NCBI GenBank assembly: GCA_030167865.1
Contig: JALAGF010002876.1
Span: 1-40,523, forward strand
Length of the DNA: 40,523 nucleotides
Direction: 5' to 3'
From: Craspedostauros australis
Lineage: Eukaryota
Shown here: in pieces, positions 10,683 to 22,281 of the stretch
Position numbering within the stretch: the first letter of the stretch is position 1
How the letters are laid out: every line of letters begins with the position of its first letter
Translations under genes and position numbers: made by a program
Notes under the pieces: generated by a model
Told to the model about the DNA's origin: nothing
Databases searched by the model: none
Seen by the model: the letters and a program-made list of their open reading frames with translations, nothing else

Positions 10683-12647
10683 TGATAGATGATTGCGTTG
10701 TTGTGATAGTCCAACAATACTCGTACGAATGTATGGTGGGAGTGTGGTATTGGCACTGGTCACTGGTCACTGACGTTGACGTTCGAGTGCGAACTACTGA
10801 AGTACACTCTTGGTTGTGGAGTCTCAACTTCAGCTTGTTTGTCGGAGAGGAGGCTGTGTGTGGTATGATGTGGTATGAGGTGGCGCAGATGTTTGTACCA
10901 GTAGCGTGTGATACTAATACTATTGGTTGTGATGTGTGTTCAGTTGCGTAGGGCTTGTAGTTCTCGTTTTGGCCACACTCCTGCTTCATCGCGATGTGTT
11001 GTGGTGAAACGCTGATCTGCTCGGCAGACACTCTGTAGGATTACGCGGTTACTGCGTGTTCCCCACTTCCCTCCTCCCAGAACCTCGTTCTGTTGGTTCG
11101 TAGGGGTTGTGGATGCCGTTCTCACAACCAAGGAAACAAACCAGCTGCGATGCTGCGACACAGGGATGTCCACGCACAAATACGGCCTCCCCATGAGCGA
11201 CCCGAAGACACGCACAACATCAAACGCAGATGGGAGGCACACGTGAGCGAGATTGCGCCACGTCGAACAACAAAACGGGAACTGCTCGCGCCAGTGCCAC
11301 TGTCTCAGCCAGTAATCCATGACGTCAACCAGTTTGTCGCCACGCCTCACCCATTGGTTGTACGCACTTGATCTACAACACAACAATTCGCGTGCGTGCT
11401 CTCAGTACCTCGTCACGAGTGTCGCAGTGAGTTAACGACACGACAAAGAAGACCAATCAAAACGCTCGATTCATCCACATCACTACAACGACCACGTCAT
11501 GTTTTCGAAACTGTGGAATGCGCGGAGGCGTCCCGATTGAAGCAGCATCCACGCAAGTATCTTTTGTTCGTGTCACTTGTCACCAGTCCAAGACAGATGC
11601 AACACACGGATGCCGCCACTTTCTCGCCTTCTGATTGGTGGGAATGGAGAGCGTCAGATGGTGGATGCATCAACCAGTTGGCCCACCATCGAATCGGGAG
11701 CGTTGCAACACTGCCCACAACTTCGTCACCCATTCCTCGTTCTCATTCAAGTTCTTGTGTGCGCTTGTAGACCACCACAAGGGAGAACAAACCACTTGTT
11801 TTGGGTCTTACGTGATGGTCTTGTCTCTTGGGTGTGCTTCAGTTGCCTCGTGTCACCATCCACCTTCACTCCTGTCCCGGTTTTTAGCTCTTGGAAATAA
11901 AGCAAGATCAAAGGGCATGTTCGCAGTAACGTATCATAGGTCGTGCTTCTTCACTGCTACTCGTGCTGCGTCGCTGGTTGCCTTGATCGCCTGGAGCAGG
12001 CGAATAAAGGAGCTGCCCATGTAGTGTCGAGCACCCACATCGTTGTTGTCGCAAAGATTCCGCTCGAGTTCGGCCCATGCCCACACCTCGTGCCTCTTGT
12101 GTCTCGTTCCATTGATACGAGTGCGACGATGAGGACGAGCATCTGCTGTACTCTCAACACATGGACTTTTGGTGCTGCATTGCTCTTCGAATTGATAATG
12201 TTATATTCGACCTCAACGTTGCGGACGTGACAGTGCGAACACTTGATGTGTCGCAACCAGCATCCACGCCGAACAATTTCTTCCCAACGCCAAACATCCC
12301 CAGACGTATTCCGTTTCAATCTACGATGATTAAACTAGAATCGATGTCATTGGGTTGTTTTGTGGTCGATGTAGTCGTGTATTCCAGTGGTCCATTGGAA
12401 TCCACGGAATTCTTTAGATCAGCATCGAAGATCCTCAGAACAAAGATCCAAACGTTGTTGATGATACAGCGACGCAGACACAAACACATCAAGCACAACA
12501 ACGCGAGCAACTTCTCCGCATCTCCTCTGAACTGTGCCTCTGGCGAGCACAACACACACAGTTCCTACATTGATTGTTGACTGGTTGCGTCCAGGTTCGC
12601 AATCGCCTTCATCCGTCTCTGCTCTCATAAATCGCAAGCGTGCTCGC

Positions 12648-13743
12648 ATGTTCAGATCAACCTCATCTCTCGGTTACGCCTTGCTCGTCTTCCTGCTTCT
12701 CCACACGAGTGCGACAACATCCGCCATGACGACCATTCTAGTGACAGGTGCCAACTCGGGCATTGGGTTAGGTACGTATGGTTTGGCGCGTCGCCTCCGT
12801 GCTTGCTTGTTGTGATAGCTCGGGCTGTACGATTGTTCGAACATGATCTTTCTACCATTACCGTGCTTTGCAGATGCGGACGCGCAGCCACTTTCCAAAG
12901 CCCGGCACTCACAGTTTTCGTCAACGCGCTCGTTCGCGTCTGCTTTCTTCGCTTCTCCTCACAGCGCTCTGCAAACAACTGGTGAAGGACCACGGCGCCA
13001 AGGTGCTGCTGGGAGCCAGAAACGCGGAACGCGGCGAGGCTGCTGTCAAGGCGGTCAAGGAACACGCGGGATCGGACAGCGCTCCCGTCGAGCTCGTGCT
13101 GATGGACGTCGGCAGCGACGAATCCGTCCAATCCGCAGCCGCCTCGCTGACGGCCAAGGGCATCAAGCTGGATGCCATCGTCAACAACGCGGGGCGCGGA
13201 TTCATGCACGAAGCGAAACCGTCCGAGATCGTCAACGTCAACCTCATGGGTCCCAAGCGCGTCGTGGAGAGCTTCCTGCCGTTGCTGTCCGGAGATGATC
13301 CACGCATTGTGAATGTTGGATCGGGGGCGGGTCCCTTGTACGTGCGAGAGCAAGCGAGGGATCTGCAGAAGATCCTGTGCTCGCCTGAAGTGACGTGGGA
13401 GCAGATTGAGAAGATTCGGGACACTGGTCTGCCCGCCGATGGGCAGGGCGGATACGGTCTGTCCAAGTCGCTGCTCATGTGCTACACGATGTCGTGCGTC
13501 AAGACGTACCCCAATGTATCGCACTTCTGCGTCACGCCAGGATTCATCGATACTGCCATGACTGCCGGGTTTGGTGCCTCCAAGAAGCCAGAAGAAGGAA
13601 CGGTGTCCATTCGCCACGCCCTGTTCGAGGCGAAGAAAGAGCAAAGTGGATGGTTCTTCGGCTCGGATGGCCAGCGAAGTCCGCTCCATTTCATGCGCAA
13701 TCCCGGTGAGCCAGCCTTCGACGGTGTGTACCCATGGGAGTAA
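12648..13743 (+). CDS. Short-chain dehydrogenase/reductase (carbonyl-reductase-like, probably NADP(H)), paralogue 1; exons 12648-12771 and 12965-13743
   Basis: TGANSGIGL|ALCKQL joined by a GTACGT...ACAG intron (193 nt). GARN, NNAG, NVGS, catalytic YGLSK, TPGFIDT. Alternative ATG at 12726. Confidence 0.92.
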
Positions 13744-14218
13744 GCACATTGTGAGACCGACAATGGAAATTGGACCATAACACTCCACTCTATATTATGG
13801 AGATCTCCGATTTCTAACATATTATATAATATTGTATTATGTCTACCACGACAGCGAACAATGCCAGCCTTTGGCTCGACCATGCCGAATTGATCTGCCA
13901 GGCTCGGGATTGTAGAAGGACCAGAGGGCAAGATGCCATGATTCCCTCACATACGCTGTCTCTGCAGAATCTATCAAATTACCAATACCTGTTCATTACC
14001 TACAGACCTTGTTCCGTCTGAATCGGCTCGTGGAGAATCGGGACTGGTTGCTTGCTTTCCGCAACATCGCGGCTCTGCAGCGAAGAGCCAAGGATCCACA
14101 AGTCCTCCTCGCAGTTGCATCAAACCAATCTATCGAACTGGACATCAACCAACAACACTGGCTCCATCCGCACAATCCCAACGTGGATCTCACACGCGTC
14201 TCGATACGAGTACGATAT

Positions 14219-15394
14219 ATGATTGCGCGCACCACAATCACAATCGCAACCGCCTCAGTAAACACATCAACATCAATCGCTTCGTTCCCGTTCTTGGTGG
14301 CCCTCTTGATCTTCCAAATGAGCGTCGTCGATTCTAGAATGCCCACAATTCTGGTCACCGGTGGCAACGGTGGCATCGGATTGGGTACGTCCCTTCGCTC
14401 CTTGTCCACGATGATAGTTCATTGTTCATGTTCGTGATGGTGTCTGTTTTCGTTGTCAAGGGCCACCCACGATTCGCATGGCTTCCACGTACATTGTCGT
14501 GCGTGCAAACATCCTTCAACGATGGCATTGCCATTCTCACAGCATTCCCTCTCTCTCTCTCTCTCTACTTCGTCTTCTTCTTCCATTTTCCGATTCATTT
14601 CCACCCCCGCAGCCCTCTGCAAGCAACTCGTCCAGGAAGACGGCGCCAAGGTGCTGCTGGGAGCCAGAAATCGGGAACGCGGCGCGGCTGCTGTGCAAGC
14701 AGTCAAGGAGCATTGCGGATCCGACAGCGCCGCGATCGAACATGTGCTGCTGGATGTCGCCGACGACGATTCGGTCCGGACGGCGGTCGCATCGCTGACC
14801 AAAAAGGGCATCCGGATCGATGCCATCGTCAACAACGCCGCCTGCGGATACGCGGAGGGCACGGATCCAGCCGAGATCATCAACACCAATCTCATGGGCC
14901 ACAAGCGCGTTGTGGAGAATTGCATGCCGCTGTTTGTGGAGGAAGGAGCGCGTATTATCAATGTCGGATCCGGATTCGGACCCGGGTACGTGAAGGAGCA
15001 GTCGATGGAATGGCAGAAGATCCTGTGTTCGCCCGACGTGACGTGGCAGCAGATTGAGCAAATTCGCGATGGGCCGCTCGTCGACCCAAAGACCACCTAC
15101 CGCATGTGCAAGGCCTTGCTTGCGAGCTATACCTTGTATTGTGCCAAGAAGTATCCCCGCATCATGAGCTTCTGCATCACGCCAGGGAAGGTGGATACGC
15201 CGAAGGCCAAAGGATACGACGGTGCCAAGAAACCATCGCAAGGAACTGTCTCCATTCGACATTGTTTATTCAAGGCCGAGAAGGAGCAGAGCGGGTGGTA
15301 CTTTGGTTCGGATGCTCAGCGAAGCCCGCTCCACTTCCTGCGCAACCCTGGAGAGCCGGCCTTCGACGGTGTGTACCCGTGGGAGGAAACTTGA
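14219..15394 (+). CDS. Short-chain dehydrogenase/reductase, paralogue 2; exons 14219-14384 and 14613-15394
   Basis: TGGNGGIGL|ALCKQL joined by a GTACGT...GCAG intron (228 nt). NNAA, NVGS, YRMCK. Start uncertain (ATGs at 14219, 14318, 14339). Confidence 0.9.
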
Positions 15395-15945
15395 ATACCA
15401 TTGTGCTATGACATGATATAATACTATGGTATAGATTGCGCAGAAGAGGAGAAGAAGAGGACGATAACAGATAACAGCACGATGATAGTACGGTCTGAGT
15501 TACAAGTCTCGAGATAAGATCTGGACAGAGCAACAATGCAGATTATTCTCGGATGTAGATAGAAACAATAGCAGCAACATCGACGGCAACGGCAACACCT
15601 CGATCACCATCACTGCCACCTTGGCCACTCGTGTCGATGAGTGGCTGGCTGTGGTTGGGCGTCGATCCACAACGGAGAGGATCGAAAAAGGCGCCAAGTG
15701 TGACGTCAGAAACATCAACCAAATCCAAAAACGCCGACACGCAAACGTCCATCTGCAACCACACCGACGACCACACACAGATCAAACAAAGAGACCACCT
15801 CCATCCCATCTCCGCCGCTTGACATCCTCTATCGTACTCGCACCTGTAGGGTGTATTAGATTGATCCAAGCAACAGAAAAGAGACAGGCATTCCCACTGC
15901 CACCATACGTACTGCTCGTGGTATCTGAGCAAAGCACCCTGCAAC

Positions 15946-17157
15946 ATGACATTGCTGTCCTTGCTCTCCTCCACATCTCGGATGCGACGTTTCCAAGCCA
16001 CGATCATCATGTCCATCGTCTTCACCAGATCTGCGCTGGCCTTGTCCAACATCATGGTGACAGGCGCCAATTCGGGCATTGGATTGGGTGAGTAAGACAT
16101 CGGGTGCCGCGTTGTTGTCTGCGCCTGATCTTGTTGGTTGATACTCGTGCATTGGCCATTTGGCTGGCTTTGGATTGCGGATGGCCACTTGCGTATGTGC
16201 GAATATGTACGCGTATTTAGTCGAAGTAGAAGCAATGCAATACTCTACTCGACAACTATTGCAACGCACCCATAATGATATCTCACTCCAAAGCTCGCCC
16301 CAACTCTGCCACGACCCTCACCATGCTCTCTTCGCACACTCTGCGTACACGCCACAGCACTTTGCAAACAACTCGTCAAGGACCACGACGTCAAGATCTT
16401 CCTCTGCGCACGCGATCCAACCAAGGGCAAGGCCGCCGTGAAAGAAGTCGAGGCCTGCAAAGATGGCAACGGTGATGCCGAAGTGGAATTCCTTTTCCTC
16501 GACGTGGCGGACGACAAGGCCGTGCAGCATGCGGCCAAGGCGCTGCAGCGCAAGGGCATCCAATTGGATGCCATTGTCAACAATGCGGGACGCGGTCTCT
16601 CGCACGGAGCCACAGAGCAGGAGGTCATGAACGTCAATTTCATGGGCACGAAGCGCGTCGTGGATGCCTTCCTGCCGCTGCTGGTGCCAGAGGGACGCAT
16701 AGTCAATGTGGGATCGGGCGGCGGGCCGAACTACGTCAAGACGCAGCCCGTGGCACAACAGAAGCTGCTGTGTTCGCCGGATATCACGATGGAGCGGATT
16801 GAGGATATGTACGATGACGGGTATGCCAATGCGCAAGGTCACACGGCGTACCAGCTGTCCAAGGCGCTGGTGTTATGCTACACCATGCACCTCGCCAAGC
16901 AGCATCCAGAGATCATGGCATTCTGCGTATCGCCTGGTTTCATCAAGACGGCCATGACGGTGGGGACCACGGCGTCGGCGCCGCCGGAGCAGGGCGTGCG
17001 TTCCACGATCCATTGCCTGTTCCATGCCACGAAGGAACAGAGCGGGTGGTATTTTGGTTCGGACGCATTGAGGAGCCCATTGAACGTGCTTCGAAATCCA
17101 GGTGAACCGGAGTTTGATGGCGTGTATCCATGGCAGAGCTCAACTGAACTGCGCTGA
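15946..17157 (+). CDS. Short-chain dehydrogenase/reductase, paralogue 3; exons 15946-16087 and 16358-17157
   Basis: TGANSGIGL|ALCKQL joined by a GTGAGT...ACAG intron (270 nt). NNAG, NVGS, YQLSK, SPGFIKT, and the shared C-terminal RSPLxxxRNPGEPxFDGVYPW. Confidence 0.9.
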
Positions 17158-17608
17158 GCTGGTCGCGTGGTTACGGATGGCACACACGATGCGTACTCGT
17201 GCGACGCGGACGAATGGATAGAATACCCGAGGGTGACACGGCGTGGATATGCTCATGATCGTGTTGACGGCAGCAGATACTTGATGTGACTGTCGCCACA
17301 GCTGAAAGTCGTCAATTATTTCGCATCTTATCACCCAGAACTATGGCGGCTTGGCCATCTTCTCGATGCTACTCGTAAAATGCTAAGATCTATAGCGCCA
17401 TCAATCAGCCTTATCTAACATACTACACGGCACTATCACATGAGCCGTTCTTCATCATGAAAGCAACTACAAAGTCCGATGACTGTGAAAAGTGCAGGAG
17501 TGTTCATGCCGACACTGGAAAGACTTCGAATCGATTTCGCCCAGAGTCGGTCCCTTCCGCTTTGCTTCCTTTCTTGATGTTTGTTTCTGTATTCTCTGGA
17601 GAGTCATT

Positions 17609-18430
17609 TCACAATTCCCGTGACTGCTGCTGGCTGAGCAACTGGAGATAGACGTTGAGCCGCTTTTCCAAATTGATGCGACTGGGATGGACAATGCGTT
17701 CGATGTACTTCGCATCCGACGAAACCAGGAAGATGTTGACACGATCATCGTCATACGCGGCATCCTCCAATCCATGTAGCGGCTTCAACGACAGGATGTA
17801 CTGCAACGCTGGATTGGCTTTTGTGTCGGCCGTCTCTTGCAGCAGAATCAACTTGGACTTCGTGTCTGCGGTGTCCAACATCTGCTTTCGCATATCCGGC
17901 GGATTCTCCACATTCTCCTTGCGCGCGGGCAGCACGAAGGTTTCGAGCGTGTATGGGAAGACATCCTGGATGTGATTGAGCATCTTGAACCAGTACGGCG
18001 TCATGCCGGGGTACATGGGCAGCACGACGAGCATGACGACGTAGCCCTCCACGTCCTCCATCTGGATGGTCTTGCCGTCTGCCTTTTGGAGCGTCACATC
18101 GTACCAGTCATCGGGATCGCTGGCAGAGGCGAGCACGCCCTTCGTGTTGAACTGGGCGGTGCAGGTCTGGGAGCACACGTAGTGGAACTTGGCGTCTGTG
18201 CGGCACTTGTCGGCGATGGATTCGGGCGAGGAGCATTCGTCGTCCTTGCCGGTGTCCACATCCCACTGGAAGGCGGATGCGAACAGTCCCCCATGGCTGC
18301 TGATGCCGCAGCTGCTGCTGGCATCGCTAGAGGAGAGCCATTGCTGAATCGACGAGGATTGGGACCAGCTCCAAATCAGCAACAGCTGGATGATGCGACC
18401 AACGAAGGACGAACGTCTCATTTGGGACAT
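17609..18430 (-). CDS. Putative secretory-pathway protein: small Cys-rich (ShKT-like) module plus glutathione-peroxidase/thioredoxin-like fold without catalytic Cys, ending SREL
   Basis: Long ORF with coding-like composition. WYDVTLQKADGKTIQMEDVEGYVVMLV...LETFVLP...IFLVSSDAKYIER aligns by eye to the GPx scaffold. Hydrophobic N-terminal segment. Start uncertain (upstream in-frame ATG at 18583). Confidence 0.65.
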   Translation of the reverse strand: MSQMRRSSFVGRIIQLLLIWSWSQSSSIQQWLSSSDASSSCGISSHGGLFASAFQWDVDTGKDDECSSPESIADKCRTDAKFHYVCSQTCTAQFNTKGVLASASDPDDWYDVTLQKADGKTIQMEDVEGYVVMLVVLPMYPGMTPYWFKMLNHIQDVFPYTLETFVLPARKENVENPPDMRKQMLDTADTKSKLILLQETADTKANPALQYILSLKPLHGLEDAAYDDDRVNIFLVSSDAKYIERIVHPSRINLEKRLNVYLQLLSQQQSREL

Positions 18431-18857
18431 GTCGGAGGCGTTGTCCAAAGACGATGGAAGGTGCGATGTTGTTGATGTTGATGATGATGTCTTGTGGTGG
18501 TGATGTATTGTGATGGTTGACGTTGCGCGGGTCTCCAGCAGCATGTTTGAGCATGTGTCCGTTTCTGTCGCTTTCGCTTCCATCGTTTTCCACAGTCTTC
18601 GCTTTGTGACTTCGCGAGAAAGATACGATTTGAGTCGTGACTTGGATCGTGACTGGGTAACATCAATGGTTCTCCAGATTCGTTCTCCGTGGGTGGTGAG
18701 GTACCGTGCGATGCCAATCACCAATACTCTCAGACAGGATCATCCATGGCGCATACTTGCATGGTGGAATGATGAACTGTAGAAGAGAGCAGAGTGCATA
18801 GCAATGAGATAGCGTGGATTACGTTGCTTCAAAGTACTCTATCCTGCATTGCTTTGC

Positions 18858-21028
18858 TTAAACGATGCTGTCAACGTTATCGCGCTTCGGCGGAGACCCC
18901 CTTGACCTCAGCTCCGAAAATCGATGGCCCGTCACGCTGTTCCGTCGTCTTGCGTTACTGCTGCTGCTGGTCGCATCGACGGCGTTGGACGTCCCCAGTT
19001 CTTCGCTGGAATCCCGCAGCAGGCTGGAGACCTTGCGGAACGACTTTTGCTTGTTGCGTTCTGCTTTGTGATAGGAAAAGGAGAGGAATCCACCGACGCT
19101 CACCGCAATGCCGAGGATCCCGACCCACGTCAGCGTGACATGGAAGATGATGGACGTGATAACGATGGCGAAGATTCGTCGCAGGCAATTGAGTGCCGCG
19201 TGATGCACCACGGTGATTCTGGAAAGCAAGTATGTTGATGCCAAGCTGTAGTCGTGTCGTTCCGTTGTCATGGGTGTCAACGTGGGTATTAGTAGAGTGG
19301 AGCAAATGAGAGAGGCAGGGATGTCGGTATCAGAGAGTGCAGCATGGTCGCGATGACCCAAGTCTCTAGAGTTGGCCAATCAAGCTGTTCACATCCACAC
19401 AAAGCACGCTCCGCCGCACCACACCACACCACCCATCCCATCACACCATAGCATAGCACACCATAGCACACCATAGCACACCACTCACTTGTAACTCGTA
19501 AAGGCCGCGCCGTTGACGATCGCCAACCCGGCATATCGCGCCATCGTCTGAAACGCAGTGGTCGTATCCAGATAGATCCACATATTGCGCATGTGCCCTG
19601 CAATGGGCAACAGCTCCATGACCACAAAGAAGGGCAGGATGCAGCAAACTCCAATCTGTTGCATGCGGTATTGCAGATTCCAGTCGTCCACTTTGGTGAC
19701 GGCGCCAGCACGCCATAACTTTTGGAAGAGGCCGCGGAAGGAGAAACAGAGATTGGCCGTCATGACGATGACGCAGGCGTGGATAGATGTGGAGATTCCC
19801 GATGATGATGTTGTTGTTGTTGCCGTCTTGGTGTTGCCAACGGTGGAGAGAATGACACCAACCACGATGCTAGCCAAGGATGAGACTTCCGGCGAAGATA
19901 GCTGTTCGATGCCCCATGACACAGCCAAGGCGGCTGACGTGATTGGTTCTGCCGCCTTGATGGTCTCCACAAAGGATGCGGATGTCCCGGAGAAGGCCAT
20001 GTTGGTGGTCCAAAAGCCGACAGCGAAGCAAATCGCAGCACCAAAGAGCTGAACCAAACGGGCATGGCGCACATCCGCCTTGCGATCCCCAGTGAGCCAA
20101 ACCAAGAGGGGTCGGAAGATAGCCGATGCGTTGCTGCGATGATTTGGAATCGAGCGGGATCGAATGGAATGTCGTGCATGGTGCGAGTAGAGTCGAAGAC
20201 GCAGCACGAACGCAGCCATTGGTTAGTTGTGGCAATTATCAATGCAACGAAGGTGCCACAGCAGTGGCTTACACACTCTGCAGTACAGCGTTGGTCTCCA
20301 CATCCACAGTACCAAATGAATACTTGTTTTGATTCGCACGACGCCAACACGCATCGGCACATATATGCGAAAGTCCCATTCGCATGGACGCAACACCACC
20401 CTCACCTCCTGGGCCGTTCCGGCTTATGATCCGAGACATGCCGAATCTCCGGCGTGACCCCCAACCCGGTCCACGGCAGAACGCCACCGCGACGCTGCAC
20501 GATCGTCCCCAGCAATGTGCTGCCCAACAGCAGCTGCTGTATCGTCAAGGTCGTCGGCGAGATGCCGCCGATGCATTCATGCACGTTGTCGTCGCACGCC
20601 GTCAGCAGAAGCTTGGATGTGGCGATGCTGAGAACACCCAGCGTGTACCACAGGGCGACGGCGATGATGAGGGCGGGCTGCAGGAACAGGATCGTGTCGG
20701 ATTTCTTGCGACGCAGCGTTCGCGATGTCGCATGGCCGTTGGATGCATTCCTGCGCCGGCGTGATGTGTATTCATGCGATGGGATGAGATTGGGACGCGC
20801 CTCGTCGATGGATCGCTGGTAGTCCCGAATGTCTGACTGGGAAGCGTAGTAGGGAACGATGGCATCGGGATTGCCGCTCACGTGGGCGGAAGCGCTGGGC
20901 AGAGGTGCTGCGGCATGTCCATTGCTACTATCATTGCTGTTGTCATTGCCATTGCCATTGCCATGGTCATTGACATGATGGTGCGAAGATTGGCTGCCAT
21001 TGTGCACCTTCGCACTCGTGGACGGCAT
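18858..21028 (-). CDS. Triose-phosphate-translocator / SLC35E-family (DMT) transporter (551 aa); exons 21028-20406, 20133-19489, 19245-18858
   Basis: Family motifs LWY...SK.LL, SASFVETIKAAEP, ANLCFSFRGLFQK, FTSY|NLASTYLL...LNCLRRIFAI. Multiple TM helices. Two canonical GTGAG...CAG introns keep the frame. Confidence 0.88.
19442..19483. repeat. Intronic 10-bp tandem repeat (CCATAGCACA) next to the 5' splice site of transporter intron 2
   Basis: cacaccatagcatagcacaccatagcacaccatagcacacca seen directly. Confidence 0.75.
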
Positions 21029-21702
21029 GATGAATCACCAACCGAGGTGTCTTTGATGACTGGCCCTTCGACAGCAGCGAGCTACCAATGGAGAGGAGTG
21101 TGTGCTCCAACCCGTACTAATATAGTAATGGTGTTGTGGATGAGCAACGGCAGCTGCAGTTTGGTCTTTTTGTGCGATCTCAACGACCGCCATTGTGAAC
21201 CGAAAAACGAAGGAACCGTTGTTGATTGGTAGCCTACGCTGACGAGGATAGAGAATCAGTACGGAAATGGAAGATCTGGTGTCACGTGCATCACACTCGT
21301 ACCATCCTTGCTCAAGCCTGAAGGCTTCACGCTGTGTGTAAAATGGTTCCTCTCTAGCTACTCATTAGTTGCTTTCGTTACCTATAATATTGTACATACG
21401 GGGAGCAGTAACCAAGGGTGTGCCATGCTTGTGTGGTACGGGACCAGTTTGGACGTGGGAGCTCTGGAAGGGTGGCAGTGCTTTTGTTGTCTGCCAGGGC
21501 CATCGCTCGATCTTGGTTGTGCTCATCGTTCGGCGTCTCTTTGGCGGTATAGTGGATGTATCGGTAGATCGACTACCAATTCGTGTTCATATGTGTTGTG
21601 TGAGTATTTGTACAGTCGCAGCTTCGTGGTGGCCGCGCTCTCTCTAAGTGTTGCGATGGATGTTAAGGAGCCATCCATCCGTTCTTCCCTTCAGACCTGT
21701 GC

Positions 21703-22281
21703 TCAGTTCGTTCTCTTGCGCAGGTTTCCGGGCTTGTCTTCCAGCTGTCTCTGCTGCAGCTGCTCGACATCGTCAGTGGCTTCGGTCCTTCGGTCACCGC
21801 ATCCGGTTCTGCTGATGGTGGCCGCGGAACCACCGAAGCCTTCCAACTCGGCAATCGACTGTCGGTTGCCTGAGTTGTTGCAAGGACCGCCGTACTTGAA
21901 TTCTGGGATGTCCTGCGGAGTGCCGCTGTTGTCTGGAGGTGGGAGCTCACTGCTCTCGTCTCCGATGCCTCCACCATCGCCGCCTCCAAAGTCGATACCT
22001 CCACCACCGCCACCTCCAAAGTCAATGCCTCCACCATCGCCGCCACCGCCGTCGCGGTCGTACTCGTCATCCTTATCGTTGTCGCCGATCGTGACGACGA
22101 GGTTCAGTGGCTCTACGCATGGCTCGACACATGGCTCGTGGCAGGGTGCCTCCCCTTCGCTGAGCGGGAAGTAGTGCCAAACACCGTCCACCTGGCAGAG
22201 ATGGCCGTCGTAATCGAAGCCGTTCACACTGGAGATCAGGATGAACGCGGAAACGATGGCTTGGGAGAAAGAGAGCTTCAT
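21703..22281 (-). CDS. Small secreted acidic Gly-rich protein (192 aa), unknown function
   Basis: ATG with signal peptide MKLSFSQAIVSAFILISSVNG. EPC repeats and three ~10-aa GGG(D/G)GGGIDF units. Coding-like codon usage. Confidence 0.75.
   Translation of the reverse strand: MKLSFSQAIVSAFILISSVNGFDYDGHLCQVDGVWHYFPLSEGEAPCHEPCVEPCVEPLNLVVTIGDNDKDDEYDRDGGGGDGGGIDFGGGGGGGIDFGGGDGGGIGDESSELPPPDNSGTPQDIPEFKYGGPCNNSGNRQSIAELEGFGGSAATISRTGCGDRRTEATDDVEQLQQRQLEDKPGNLRKRTN

Noticed and set aside
10700-12600. Many short ORFs in the divergent region between the ankyrin and SDR genes
   Set aside because: No recognisable domains or consistent codon bias; treated as intergenic/UTR.
17609-18430. Selenoprotein (Sec-GPx) hypothesis
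   Set aside because: No in-frame TGA; the codon at the inferred peroxidatic position encodes Pro.
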